This document shows, piece by piece, positions 47,275-57,030 of a DNA stretch of 64,000 nt. Location: the NCBI GenBank assembly GCA_965372715.1, contig CBDVDH010000001.1, positions 62,001-126,000 of the forward strand, in the 5' to 3' direction. The stretch is from an uncultured bacterium (GTDB taxonomy: Bacteria; B130-G9). How positions within the stretch are numbered: position 1 is the stretch's first letter; every line of letters begins with the position of its first letter. The position numbers and the translations under genes are program-made. Below the pieces are notes generated by a model. The model did no database searches, was not told where the DNA came from, and saw only the letters and a program-made list of their open reading frames with translations.

Positions 47275-49368
47275 ATGCGCCTGCCTTGGGGCATCAACCT
47301 GCGCGCCAATCTGAGTCAATGGCCTGACGTGTTTACCAAAAACGGCTCAAGGAACGTTACTATCCTTTTCTGTGTGCTGGCGTTTGGGTGCCTCTTCTGG
47401 GCGATGGTTCCTGGGCCAACCGGCGTTCAGGTTGGGGTGTTCGGGCTGTTCGCTCTCCTGATTGCTCTTGCCTTTTTCAGCATTCCCGCCGCGCTGAGCC
47501 TCTTTGCGTTCTTGATTCCTCTGTTAGGTATTGTGTCCCGTGTTTGCGGTTCCCCCTGGATTTCGATGCTGGTTTTCGCTTTTCTGGGGCTTGTGTGCGG
47601 CGCTGTGCTGAGAGCGCGCGTATTGGGGCGGGAGCTGAGTGGGTCGCGCATGCCCATGAAGACCTCGCTGCTGGCCTTCGCCGGACTTGTGATCGCGTCC
47701 GGCCTGATAACGACGCTCAGATTTATGAACTTCTTCCCGTTCACAGGCGAGCCGTTTCATGATTGGACCGTCAATTCCACAGGAGTGCTTACAACGGAGG
47801 CGGTGAACAACGCTGTGACGGTGGGCGTGGCCTACGTTTCTGGCATAGCTCTGCTTCTGCTTGTGTACAGTTTGCTCAGCGGCTCATGTGGGAGCCGGCG
47901 ACTCAGGATTCAGAAGAACGTTGCCTGGGCGGTCGTGATTGCGGGCCTAGCGGCGAATCTATTTGCGCTGTGGCAAGTAGTCTCAGATAGGCTGCTCGTA
48001 ATAGGCTTTGTGACGGGAACATATACCGACTCCAACGCCCTGGGTGTGTGCAACGCACTCATACTCCCATACTCCATTGGGCTCATCTTGGTCTCCTCCG
48101 GTCGCTCGCGCGTGTTTCTCGTCGTCTGCTCGCTTCTGTCCGTCGCAGTGACGGTTTTGGCAAGGTCGAGGGCGGGAGTTGTGGGCGTTATCCTGTTCTT
48201 GATGGCTCTTGCGTTGTGGCTCAGACGTCTTGATCGTGAGAGCGGCCGCCAAAAGGCTGTCCCAAGACGCGCTTTGAGGGCGTTTGCGGCTTTGGGCGCG
48301 CTCCTTATCGTCATGCTCGTGCTGCAAGATGTATCGCATCTGAGCGAGGTCCCCGTGTTTGGCGATGTGCTGCTGATGATCGTAGGGCCGAGCGAAGCTC
48401 CCATCAAGCATCTTTTGCAGCATAGAGTACATCAATGGTCTGAGGCGCTGAGGATGTGCCGAGACTTCCCCTGGACGGGCGTTGGCCTTGGTGCATACAT
48501 CATCGAGCTGCCCAATTACTACTTTCGCAGTGAGGGGAAGCTGTTCATGATCGACACAGCCGGTAGTCTGCCTCTTCAGGTCGCGTCGGAGCTCGGTATT
48601 TTGGGCCTCATTCTTGCACTGATGCTTGCAGTTTTCGTGATGCGTTCAAGCTATCGCTTGCTTTCCACAAAGCCTGAGCCCAGGTTTCAAGCGGAATACA
48701 AGCTGTCTGGCTGCATATCGCTCGGAGTTCTCGCGTCTTTGTTCTCGTTGCTGTTTGGGGCGCACGTTCTTTTCTTTGAATACTGTTACCTTCTCGCCAT
48801 CTCAACGGGAATACTCCTGGCCTCGAGCGCAATTCTGCTTCCGCAATCGCAGGGGTTTGCCCGGGGGCGGCGCCGTTTGAAACCCGTCTGGCTTCTGGCA
48901 CCTGTCGTAACCCTAGTATCCGTGGTTTTCCTCATTGAGTCTCTCGGGGCGCTTTCAATCGAGCAGAGAAGGAGAGATCTGGGTTGGCAGTTCGAGTATG
49001 GGTTTTACAGAAAGGAGACTTGGGACGGGGAGTTCGCCTTCTGGTGGATGCAGAGGGACGCCAGAATGACCATAACTGCAAAGGGAGACGTTCTCGAGTT
49101 CGCGCTTTTCTGTGCGCATCCCGATGCCGACGAGAAGCCCGTCAAGGCCAGTATCTTCATCGACGGGAGCAGAATGACGACTGTCGAACTGACACGCGAT
49201 CGTTGGAGAGAAGTTCGTCTTGAGCTGAAGTCCCCAACCGACGGTGAGATCGCGCTAAGAATCTCAGTTGACAGGACCTTCAATCCGTGCGAGCTGGGTA
49301 TAGGCACTGATGGTCGCGACTTAGGTGTCGCTATCGCGAAGTTCCGGTGGTCGAATGCCTGCCAGTAG
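47275..49368 (+). CDS. O-antigen ligase (Wzy_C)-like membrane protein with periplasmic C-terminal domain
   Basis: GTYTDSNAL, SRAG, 'R...W..A..M..DFPWTGVGLGAY', ELGILG, 'DGRDLGVA'. Confidence 0.78.
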   Translation: MRLPWGINLRANLSQWPDVFTKNGSRNVTILFCVLAFGCLFWAMVPGPTGVQVGVFGLFALLIALAFFSIPAALSLFAFLIPLLGIVSRVCGSPWISMLVFAFLGLVCGAVLRARVLGRELSGSRMPMKTSLLAFAGLVIASGLITTLRFMNFFPFTGEPFHDWTVNSTGVLTTEAVNNAVTVGVAYVSGIALLLLVYSLLSGSCGSRRLRIQKNVAWAVVIAGLAANLFALWQVVSDRLLVIGFVTGTYTDSNALGVCNALILPYSIGLILVSSGRSRVFLVVCSLLSVAVTVLARSRAGVVGVILFLMALALWLRRLDRESGRQKAVPRRALRAFAALGALLIVMLVLQDVSHLSEVPVFGDVLLMIVGPSEAPIKHLLQHRVHQWSEALRMCRDFPWTGVGLGAYIIELPNYYFRSEGKLFMIDTAGSLPLQVASELGILGLILALMLAVFVMRSSYRLLSTKPEPRFQAEYKLSGCISLGVLASLFSLLFGAHVLFFEYCYLLAISTGILLASSAILLPQSQGFARGRRRLKPVWLLAPVVTLVSVVFLIESLGALSIEQRRRDLGWQFEYGFYRKETWDGEFAFWWMQRDARMTITAKGDVLEFALFCAHPDADEKPVKASIFIDGSRMTTVELTRDRWREVRLELKSPTDGEIALRISVDRTFNPCELGIGTDGRDLGVAIAKFRWSNACQ

Positions 49369-49455
49369 AACTGCCGACAGTCAGCTGCTAACGCAGATTA
49401 CCGACCCTGGTCGCATTTGACAGGCTCTGGAGCAGTTGCTAATATCGAGCGTCCG

Positions 49456-50511
49456 ATGAGCTATCTAAACTCCGTAAGATATACTCGCTTAGCCATCGCC
49501 GTGACTGGGGGTTCTCCGGCGAGGAGTGCGCTCGGAGGCATCCTCTTGGCATTCTTGGCCCTGGTGACCTCAATAGCCTGGGCAGACGTATCAGTCAGAG
49601 CCTCCGTGGACAGAGACCAGGTGGCGCTGGGCGAGCAGTTTGACCTGGTGGTCATCGTCCACCATTATGAGGGCTATACCGTCAGCGATCCGCAAGTCGG
49701 CAAAACGCTCGGCGATTTCGTCGTCGTGGCGAGCTCCAAGGAGGAGAAAGAGGACGAGGGAGTAACGCTGGAGTTTCGATATACTCTCGCGGGATTCAAA
49801 CTCGATAGGGCTACGATCGCGTCAATTGAAGTCGGATACATCGACTCGGCGGACCGCCCCGGCAAACTCGCGACTGACCCGATCAACATCACTATTGTAG
49901 GAACCGTGCCTCAGGCCGAGACGGAGATCAAAGGTATCCGGGGGATGGTTGAAATCGAGCCGCGGATGGCGCTGTGGCTCAAGATAGTCATCTGGCTCGG
50001 CGCGATTATCCTTGCCATAGCGATCGCGTGGTGGCAGCTAAGGAAGAGAAGAACGGTCGGCATCGAGGAGTTGGTGGAGACAACGCCTCCGCCGTCGGTC
50101 GTGGCGCTTGCTGCGCTTCAGAGACTGGCCAATAGCGACCTTCTGTTTCAGAGACGATACAAGGAGTTCTACTTTGCGTTGTCGGAGATCATCCGCAGAT
50201 TCCTGTCAGGAAGGTTGAGGTTCTCGGCCGAGGACATGACGACGACGGAGATCGAGTTCGCAATGAGGGATGACCCGATCTCGAGGGAGTTTACTGCCAC
50301 AACTCAAGAAGTACTGAGATTCTCGGACATGGTCAAGTTCGCCAAACTTATACCTTCCGACCCGAAAAACGATGAGATCATTGAGAAGGCCAGAAATGCG
50401 ATCGAATTGGGCCGGGAACCATTGTTTGAAACGGAGACGGAGCCAATTCCTCAGGTCGGGGATTCATCGAGGGACAGAGAGAAGGGCGGAGGCGTGAGCA
50501 TTGCCGAGTAA
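49456..50511 (+). CDS. BatD-like Ig domain plus single-TM protein (type usually found with MoxR/VWA genes)
   Basis: ASVDRDQVALGEQF, IKGIRG, TM helix, 'KEFYFALSEIIRRFL', 'TTTEI', 'DMVKFAK'. Start uncertain. Confidence 0.7.
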   Translation: MSYLNSVRYTRLAIAVTGGSPARSALGGILLAFLALVTSIAWADVSVRASVDRDQVALGEQFDLVVIVHHYEGYTVSDPQVGKTLGDFVVVASSKEEKEDEGVTLEFRYTLAGFKLDRATIASIEVGYIDSADRPGKLATDPINITIVGTVPQAETEIKGIRGMVEIEPRMALWLKIVIWLGAIILAIAIAWWQLRKRRTVGIEELVETTPPPSVVALAALQRLANSDLLFQRRYKEFYFALSEIIRRFLSGRLRFSAEDMTTTEIEFAMRDDPISREFTATTQEVLRFSDMVKFAKLIPSDPKNDEIIEKARNAIELGREPLFETETEPIPQVGDSSRDREKGGGVSIAE

Positions 50512-52714
50512 GAGACTTCGTGTCGCATTTCTGTGGCACTTTCATCAGCCGATCTACAAGGATTTCCTTACCGACGAATACGTTATGCCGTGGGTCAGGC
50601 TCCACGCTTTGAAAGATTACTACGACATGGGCGCGATTCTAGCGAGCGTTGATGGTGCAAAGGCTACGTTCAACTTCGTCGGCTCGCTTCTTTTGCAGCT
50701 GGACGATTACGCCAGCGGTCGCGCGAATGACCTCTTCCTGCGTCTGACCGCAAAGCCCGCTAGCGCGCTCGACCTCGACGAGCAACGGTTCCTTCTCAAT
50801 AACTTCTTCTTCGTTAACAGCAAGATAATCGCCAGCTATCCGCGATTCTCTGAGCTCCTGGCCAAGCGGCAGACAGCGCTCAGCGCGCGGTCACCCTCAT
50901 TAGTTTTCAAGAAACAGGACTTCTTGGACCTTCAAGTGCTGTTCAATCTCGCATGGTGCGGCAATACGCTTCGTCGCGAGGACGAGGTGGTCAGAGCGCT
51001 TCAGGCGAAGGGCCGAGGCTTCACAGAGGACGAGAAACTGGCCCTTCTAGATGCCCAACATGCGTTCCTTTCGCGGGTGACGTCTCTATACACGCGACTC
51101 GCCTCAGAGGGTTCGGTTGAGCTGACGACGACGCCGTTTTACCATCCGATCCTGCCGGTGCTGGCGAACGTTCAGAACGCGCGCGAGTGCTCGCCCGGCG
51201 TGCCGTTGCCGGCCAAGTGGAAGGGCGTGATGAAGGATGCCGTGAGGCAGGCGAGCGACGCGGTGAGACTGTTCGGCGCTCAATTTGATGTGCCGTTGCG
51301 AGGAATGTGGCCGGCCGAAGGCTCCGTAAGCCAAGACACGTGCGGCATATACACCGACCTCGGCATTAAGTGGATTGCCACCGACGAGGCGGTTCTCTCC
51401 AACTCGCTGGCGGCCTGTGGAATGCAGAATCTCCACGAGAATAGGTCGCAGCTCTATGCGCCTCATTTCGTCGAGGCAAACGGCAAGGAGCTTACGGTGT
51501 TCTTCAGAGACCACGAGCTCTCCGACGCGATTGGCTTCGTTTATGCCCCGTGGAACGCCGATGATGCCGTTAAGGACTTCATCACTAAGCTCCGCTGCAT
51601 ACGCGACCTGGTGAATCGCAGCAAAGACAGCAAGTTCGATCGGTTCCCACCGGTCGTCTCGGTCATCCTCGACGGCGAAAACGCCTGGCAGTACTACGCG
51701 GACAACGGCGAGCCCTTTCTCCACAACCTCTACACGCGCCTCGTCAAGACGGACTGGCTCGAGCTAGTCACTTTTGGTGATTATGTAGAGGAGTTCGGGG
51801 TTGGTCGGAGGCTGTGCAGGTTTGGGGCCGGCTCCTGGATACGAGGCGATTTCGATGTTTGGATTGGTCATTCCGAGGATAATCAGGCATGGGATTACGT
51901 CGCAGCGGCGCGCGAGGCATTGGTCAAGAACCCTCCTTTGGACCAAAAGGCGAAGAAGCTCGCCTGGCAATCGCTGCTTGCGGCCGAGGGAAGCGACTGG
52001 AACTGGTGGTATGGGGACGATCACACGTGCGACAACGTTGACCAGTTTGATCGGCTGTTCCGGAAGCACATCGCCAACGTTTTCACGCTCATTGGACGGG
52101 AGCCGCCGTTTGACTTGAGCGTCCCGATCAAGAAGGCCGCCCTGGTATTGTCTGTCCATCAGCCAAGACAACTGCTCCAGCCAGTGATCGACGGCAAGGA
52201 CACGACGTATTTTGAGTGGCTTGGAGCAGGTGTTTTTGACCAGCGATCGGCTGGCCGGGGCGCGATGCACCAGGTATCAACCTTGGCCAAGAAGCTCTAT
52301 TTCGGCTTCGACCTGGAGAATCTATTCATAAGGGTCGATTTTGCTCAAGATGCTGCCGATCTGCTCGGTCCTGGAGCCGACCGAGAGCTCTTCGTTCAGG
52401 TATCGCAGCCCTCGCAGTTTCGGATCGAGATCGTTATGAATCAGTCTCATCGGGACACTTCCGCCTCCTTGAATGTGCTATCGCAGAAGAATGGTGAATG
52501 GGAGTCAGTGACGTCACTTAACAGCGTCGCTTTAGGCCGGGTGCTCGAGATGGCCATCCCGTTTCAAATACTCGGCTGCAAACCTCACGATAGGATTAGA
52601 TTTGCAGTGAAGGTCTCCAAGAACGGCGACGTCATCGAGAGCATTCCAGAAGGGTCATCTATTGAGACTATTGTGCCGGGGCCGGACTTCGAGCAGGAAG
52701 AATGGTGCGTCTAG
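50501..52714 (+). CDS. Glycoside hydrolase family 57 (amylopullulanase-like)
   Basis: WHFHQP, PWVRLH, PFYHPILP, WPAEG, FRD..LSD, LDGENAW, AEGSDW.WW. Confidence 0.93.
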   Translation: MPSKRLRVAFLWHFHQPIYKDFLTDEYVMPWVRLHALKDYYDMGAILASVDGAKATFNFVGSLLLQLDDYASGRANDLFLRLTAKPASALDLDEQRFLLNNFFFVNSKIIASYPRFSELLAKRQTALSARSPSLVFKKQDFLDLQVLFNLAWCGNTLRREDEVVRALQAKGRGFTEDEKLALLDAQHAFLSRVTSLYTRLASEGSVELTTTPFYHPILPVLANVQNARECSPGVPLPAKWKGVMKDAVRQASDAVRLFGAQFDVPLRGMWPAEGSVSQDTCGIYTDLGIKWIATDEAVLSNSLAACGMQNLHENRSQLYAPHFVEANGKELTVFFRDHELSDAIGFVYAPWNADDAVKDFITKLRCIRDLVNRSKDSKFDRFPPVVSVILDGENAWQYYADNGEPFLHNLYTRLVKTDWLELVTFGDYVEEFGVGRRLCRFGAGSWIRGDFDVWIGHSEDNQAWDYVAAAREALVKNPPLDQKAKKLAWQSLLAAEGSDWNWWYGDDHTCDNVDQFDRLFRKHIANVFTLIGREPPFDLSVPIKKAALVLSVHQPRQLLQPVIDGKDTTYFEWLGAGVFDQRSAGRGAMHQVSTLAKKLYFGFDLENLFIRVDFAQDAADLLGPGADRELFVQVSQPSQFRIEIVMNQSHRDTSASLNVLSQKNGEWESVTSLNSVALGRVLEMAIPFQILGCKPHDRIRFAVKVSKNGDVIESIPEGSSIETIVPGPDFEQEEWCV

Positions 52715-52720
52715 CGGACT

Positions 52721-54178
52721 TTGCTGATGAGTGAGCGGATCGTCGAGAACTCCGCTCGAATGACTCTGTTACAGGTCTGCGGCATAGTCGCGAACTCTGT
52801 CCTTTACTTCATTCTGGCGAGGATGCTGGGCTCCTCAGACTATGGCGTTGCGAGCTGCACGGTATTCCCGGCGCTTGCGCTGTTGAGAACCGGCGTCTTT
52901 GGGGCCCTCATGTTCGGAACCGCAAAAGTCATAGCGGCCAATCCCGAGGCAATCCGGTCCTGCATCTCAGTCTCGCGAAAGGCATACGCCATCGTCGGGG
53001 GCATTCTTGTCGTAGTGTTCGTCGGGTTTGCCGGTCCGATAGCAGGTCTGCTGCGAGACCCTTCGCTCACGCATTATTTCCGCCTGATGGCACTAGCTGT
53101 CCCGCCGGTCGCGGCATTCGTTCTATTCCAGGGGACGCTCGTCGGCCTAGAGGACTTCCGCTCGGCTATGCGCCTCGGGATGCTATTCCAGGTTCTCAAG
53201 CTCGTCCTGACGGTCGCGCTGGTGCTCATCGGCGCGAAGGTTTACGGCCTCATCTTCGGGTTCGCGATCTCCTGCGTCATCTCATTGCTCGTCTTTCGCC
53301 GCAAGACCCAGCCGACCGCAAGAGATAAGGCGATTACACTGCCCTATTACCTATCAACCGTGGCGGGCATTTTCGTCACTTTTGCCATCGCAATCGCTCA
53401 AAGATACGTCAATCTATGGAACCTGAAGCGAATCGTTTTCGACAACCAGACCGTGGCCTACTACTCAGTCGCCAATCAACTCGCGTCCATGCCCGCTTTG
53501 ATCTTCACCGGGGTCATGGTCGCGCTATGGCCGGCGATCTCGGGACTGGCAAATGCCCCCGACCTCTCGCTCGCAAGGGAGCATCTCAGCAAATCGTTCA
53601 AATACACCATGATCGGTCTGCTCCCCATCTCTGCGCTTCTGGCTGCTTTGCCGAATTACGCCATACGCCTCGCATTCGGCGCCGAATACGCCGCGGCTGC
53701 GAGCGTTCTCCCCATCCTTGTCATAGGCCTCGTTCTCCTGGCTCTCCAATCAGTAATCATGTCGGCGATGCTGGCCCTCGGTAAGGTCAAGAGCACGACC
53801 AGCATTATCGGCGGCGCCACAGTCGCGGCGTTCCTTGTCGGCACGCTGCTCATTCCTAGATTTGGCATTATGGGCGCGGCCGCGACGGAGGTCATGGGCT
53901 TTCTAGTTAGCTCGGCGCTCGTCGCTGTCGTCTCGTGGCGCACGTTCGGTAAGTTCACCTCGCTCGCCGAGGCGGGGAAGATCACAGCCTGTGCCGCCGT
54001 CCTATTTCTGACTGTGCGTGCGTTTGCCTTCCTGGGCTATTGGGTCGCTCCCGTCATCGTCGTCGCGCTCTGCCTCTATCTTCTGACGCTGACGATACTC
54101 GGAGTCCTCCCGACCGATGGGATAAGGGCCACGCTCTCGCGCATTTGCATCCTCACCGCCCGAAGAGAGACCGAGTAA
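52721..54178 (+). CDS. Wzx/MOP-family oligosaccharide flippase
   Basis: About 14 TM helices, LARMLG..DYG, YYSVA, FGAEY, LIPRFGIMGAA. Confidence 0.85.
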   Translation: MLMSERIVENSARMTLLQVCGIVANSVLYFILARMLGSSDYGVASCTVFPALALLRTGVFGALMFGTAKVIAANPEAIRSCISVSRKAYAIVGGILVVVFVGFAGPIAGLLRDPSLTHYFRLMALAVPPVAAFVLFQGTLVGLEDFRSAMRLGMLFQVLKLVLTVALVLIGAKVYGLIFGFAISCVISLLVFRRKTQPTARDKAITLPYYLSTVAGIFVTFAIAIAQRYVNLWNLKRIVFDNQTVAYYSVANQLASMPALIFTGVMVALWPAISGLANAPDLSLAREHLSKSFKYTMIGLLPISALLAALPNYAIRLAFGAEYAAAASVLPILVIGLVLLALQSVIMSAMLALGKVKSTTSIIGGATVAAFLVGTLLIPRFGIMGAAATEVMGFLVSSALVAVVSWRTFGKFTSLAEAGKITACAAVLFLTVRAFAFLGYWVAPVIVVALCLYLLTLTILGVLPTDGIRATLSRICILTARRETE

Positions 54179-54233
54179 AGCTGAAGGCGGAAGGATGAAT
54201 CATTCATTAGAGCGCTCTTAGCGTCTTCGTGCT

Positions 54234-55430
54234 TCATTTCTCTCCATTGGCGCCATTCATGGCAAGCCTCGGCGACAGGAACGCCAGAATCAGCTCTTTG
54301 TGTGCCTGATAGCCCCGGGGGGTCTTCACAATTAAACCGGCGTCGCAAAGCGAATTGACATCTCTCGCGAGTGTTCTCGCAGTCTTATTGGCATACGCAC
54401 GAGCGAGCTTTGGACTGACATCCGGCAACGCAGAAAGCGGGACCGGGTCCCTCAAGGGAGAGAGATCGAGCGCCAAATGCCGCTGTCGTCTTGCCGTCTC
54501 AGATCGCTTGTCTCTGAAGAATTCGTGAACGTAATTCCGCCATGTGACATCCCACTGCTGCTCCCAGATGACCCCTAATTGCAGGCTCAGACCATCCAAG
54601 AATCCCCCAATCGCGTATCTCATGAACGGCACGACGTCGCCGCCTCTCTTGCTGGCGAGATCTAGCTGCCTGTAGTATTCCGTCCGCGTGAGATTGTAAT
54701 GATTACTTAAGAGGTGCGCAGACGCTGCAGGCACCCCGGACGAGATCAGAATCTGGAACTCGAGGAGGCGAGCGGTTCGTCCGTTGCCATCTCCAAAAGG
54801 GTGAATCCAGGCGATATACAGATGAGCAACAACGGCCTTAAGAATGGCAGTAGCTATCCCACCCAGGCCATCCCTGGGTGAGAAATCAGCGCTGTTGAGC
54901 CACTTGCAGACTCTATCAAGAAGGTGCTCACCGTCCTCCGCCGGTGCGCCTCGATAACGGCCCACCGTCACACCCTTGGTGCGCAGCTGACCAGGGCGGA
55001 GGTCGTCATCTAACTCAAGGCCGCGAAGCACCATCCTATTCATCTCACAGATCATTCCCGTCGTGATCTCCGAGGTTTGTCCGCTCCCGACAAGTTTGAA
55101 GATCTCGTTACCCGCGTGGATGATGTTGTCAATCTCTTGCCGTAGATACTCCCGCGACGGAGGGAGTTTCAGCTCTCCGGCCAGATGCTGTAGAACCTCC
55201 TCCTCACTGAGAGTATTTCCCTCGATTGCGGTCGTGGCTAAGACACCCTTCGCCAAATACATTCTGTAGAGCTCCTTGGCGGTATCTGGTCGAAGCGGCA
55301 CGCGGGCAATGTGCTCACATTTGGATTGGCACTCCCCAAGCATTATCCAGAACGTCGCGGGCGCAGACCTGAGATCGGCAGAGAACTTAAGCCAGGGATG
55401 TGTCGATAGATATGTCCTATTTTCTGTCAT
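54234..55430 (-). CDS. Fic family protein with C-terminal HTH-like region
   Basis: TTAIEGN, HPFGDGNGRTAR, 'RTLARDVNSLCDAGLI'. Confidence 0.93.
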   Translation of the reverse strand: MTENRTYLSTHPWLKFSADLRSAPATFWIMLGECQSKCEHIARVPLRPDTAKELYRMYLAKGVLATTAIEGNTLSEEEVLQHLAGELKLPPSREYLRQEIDNIIHAGNEIFKLVGSGQTSEITTGMICEMNRMVLRGLELDDDLRPGQLRTKGVTVGRYRGAPAEDGEHLLDRVCKWLNSADFSPRDGLGGIATAILKAVVAHLYIAWIHPFGDGNGRTARLLEFQILISSGVPAASAHLLSNHYNLTRTEYYRQLDLASKRGGDVVPFMRYAIGGFLDGLSLQLGVIWEQQWDVTWRNYVHEFFRDKRSETARRQRHLALDLSPLRDPVPLSALPDVSPKLARAYANKTARTLARDVNSLCDAGLIVKTPRGYQAHKELILAFLSPRLAMNGANGEK

Positions 55431-55489
55431 CTGACGAGCGCCCCTAAACGCTTTCTAATAGGCATGGTATGATTTTATATCACCTATTC

Positions 55490-55525
55490 TGTCATAAGAA
55501 TTGTCATACATAATGTCATAATGAC
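55490..55525. promoter_or_regulatory. Putative operator: TGTCATA x3 at 12-bp period upstream of fic
   Basis: Copies at 55490, 55502, 55514, plus inverted ATGAC at 55521. Confidence 0.55.
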
Positions 55526-55688
55526 CTGGCCAGATCATTATGTCAAGAAAGATGTGATGCGAGAAATGAATCCCTAGCTCAATTGGGCGTAGCTTCCGCC
55601 AGTCCGCCTCTGGAAAGATGAAGGATGAAATATGAAGGATGAATCGTCCATTAGAGCCGCAATCCGAAATCGATGATCGCTGACCCGC

Positions 55689-55901
55689 TCAGCGCGCCAA
55701 AGGAACCGTTTCGAACAGGAGTCTTCGGGCATCCGCGGCGGGCGCCCGCTTGGACAGATGTAACATCTCAATGCCAACGACGCGGCCGTCTGCTCCATAA
55801 TCCAGAATAACGCCGGGCGATACTTCCTCCGATTCCGCTGCCTGGGCATCCGACAAGGTCAGATACAGGGCGTCCGCCTCTTCATCGATCCTTAGTATCA
55901 T
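55689..55901 (-). CDS. DUF2283 putative antitoxin
   Basis: D.EADALY, ESEEV.PGVILDY...G.VVGIE. Confidence 0.88.
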   Translation of the reverse strand: MILRIDEEADALYLTLSDAQAAESEEVSPGVILDYGADGRVVGIEMLHLSKRAPAADARRLLFETVPLAR

Positions 55902-56148
55902 TTCAGTTTCTTCTTTCCTCGGTCGAAGTACGCTGTCACCACGCTCGGTTCAGCGCCCTTCATATTAACTACGACACGAAGGACTCTGCCGCCGAAATCC
56001 GCAACACGCAACAGACGATGCTCCAGGTCCGAATCAAGCCGGTCTGGCTCCTTGTCTTCGGGAGAAACAAGAGCCTCCTCCACCCATTCTAGCGCATTCC
56101 CCTTTTGACAATAGCCTCTCGAGCGTGCTCAGGCAGGACGTATTTCAC
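55898..56148 (-). pseudogene. Frameshifted DUF4258 putative toxin
   Basis: MKYVLPEHAREAIVKRG in one frame continues as LEWVEEAL..P...RVLRVV...VVTAYFDR in another; 1-nt loss near 56095. Confidence 0.75.
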
Positions 56149-56255
56149 TTATCCTTCATCCTTTCTGCAAGGCTAAATTATGAGGGCTGAAGAGTGAATC
56201 ATCAATCAGAGCGCCCTTCACTTTTGCGCAAAGCTCCGTCATTGCCGCACCTCGT

Positions 56256-56654
56256 TCAGCCCTGCCTAGCCTTTGCTTGGACTTGGCTTATCAGCTTGAG
56301 CGCCTTGTCCAAATCTGCCTTGATCTCCTCGTGCTCATATTCGGCAGGAGGCCCGGGCGGATAACGCCCATCAATGTAATAGCGAGACGCTTTCTCGCAA
56401 AGCTCTAGAAAATCGCCGAAGTCATCATCGAAGCTCGCGATGTGATTGAGAAGCGCGTCAAGTTCGTGCGTCTTTGGCGGCTTCCTGCCATGAAGAACGA
56501 GGTAGCCTTTCAGATACTTCTCGATCGCCTGCTGAATGTGATACACAATAGAATCTGTGTGACCGCGCTGCTCGTAGATTAACTGCGCCGTTTCTATGTC
56601 GTGCTGACCTCTTTCGAACCACTCCTCGGCTTGTCTCTCGAAGGCCTCATCCAT
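56256..56654 (-). CDS. HEPN domain protein
   Basis: W...G..D...A, YHIQQAIEKYLKG, KTHEL, RYP. Confidence 0.9.
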   Translation of the reverse strand: MDEAFERQAEEWFERGQHDIETAQLIYEQRGHTDSIVYHIQQAIEKYLKGYLVLHGRKPPKTHELDALLNHIASFDDDFGDFLELCEKASRYYIDGRYPPGPPAEYEHEEIKADLDKALKLISQVQAKARQG

Positions 56655-56976
56655 AGAGCAGCTCTCCCCTCTCAAGTATCTCTTCGACGAAGAAATCCCT
56701 CATCGCAATTCTGTTTTCGATCTCTTTCTCAGTGTAAACAAGGGGAGACACCGACAGCCGCCGGACGCGGTCCCGGACAAGCCTTTTCACCTCAAGCCAT
56801 CTCTCAATGGGCCTCTTCTCCGTGTCCTTGATGATCAGGAGGTCAACGTCGCTATCCTCGTTTGGCTCGCCGTAAGCATAGGAACCGAAAAGAATCACCT
56901 TCTTGGGCCCATATCCCTCGACTACCCTCTGAACGATCTCAAGGATTACCTCTCTCAGTCTTCCATCGACTATCAC
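56647..56976 (-). CDS. Minimal nucleotidyltransferase (MNT)
   Basis: LFGSYAYG....DSDVDLLII; overlaps the HEPN start. Confidence 0.92.
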   Translation of the reverse strand: MIVDGRLREVILEIVQRVVEGYGPKKVILFGSYAYGEPNEDSDVDLLIIKDTEKRPIERWLEVKRLVRDRVRRLSVSPLVYTEKEIENRIAMRDFFVEEILERGELLYG

Positions 56977-57030
56977 ACTGGTACCTCCAACAGCTTCGTC
57001 GTATCGTTCCCAGATATGTCAACCACCTTG
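56973..57030 (-). repeat. Diverged second copy of the methyltransferase 3' end (KVVDISGNDTTKLLEVPV*)
   Basis: Direct repeat of 58815-58872 (KVVDIFGNDTTKLWEVTV*). Confidence 0.85.

Larger units (their letters stand above)
54191..56214. repeat. ~25-bp imperfect direct repeat, three copies, each just downstream of a minus-strand cassette
   Basis: 54191 AAGGATGAATCATTCATTAGAGCGC; 55635 AAGGATGAATCGTCCATTAGAGCCGC; 56190 AAGAGTGAATCATCAATCAGAGCGC. Confidence 0.7.
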
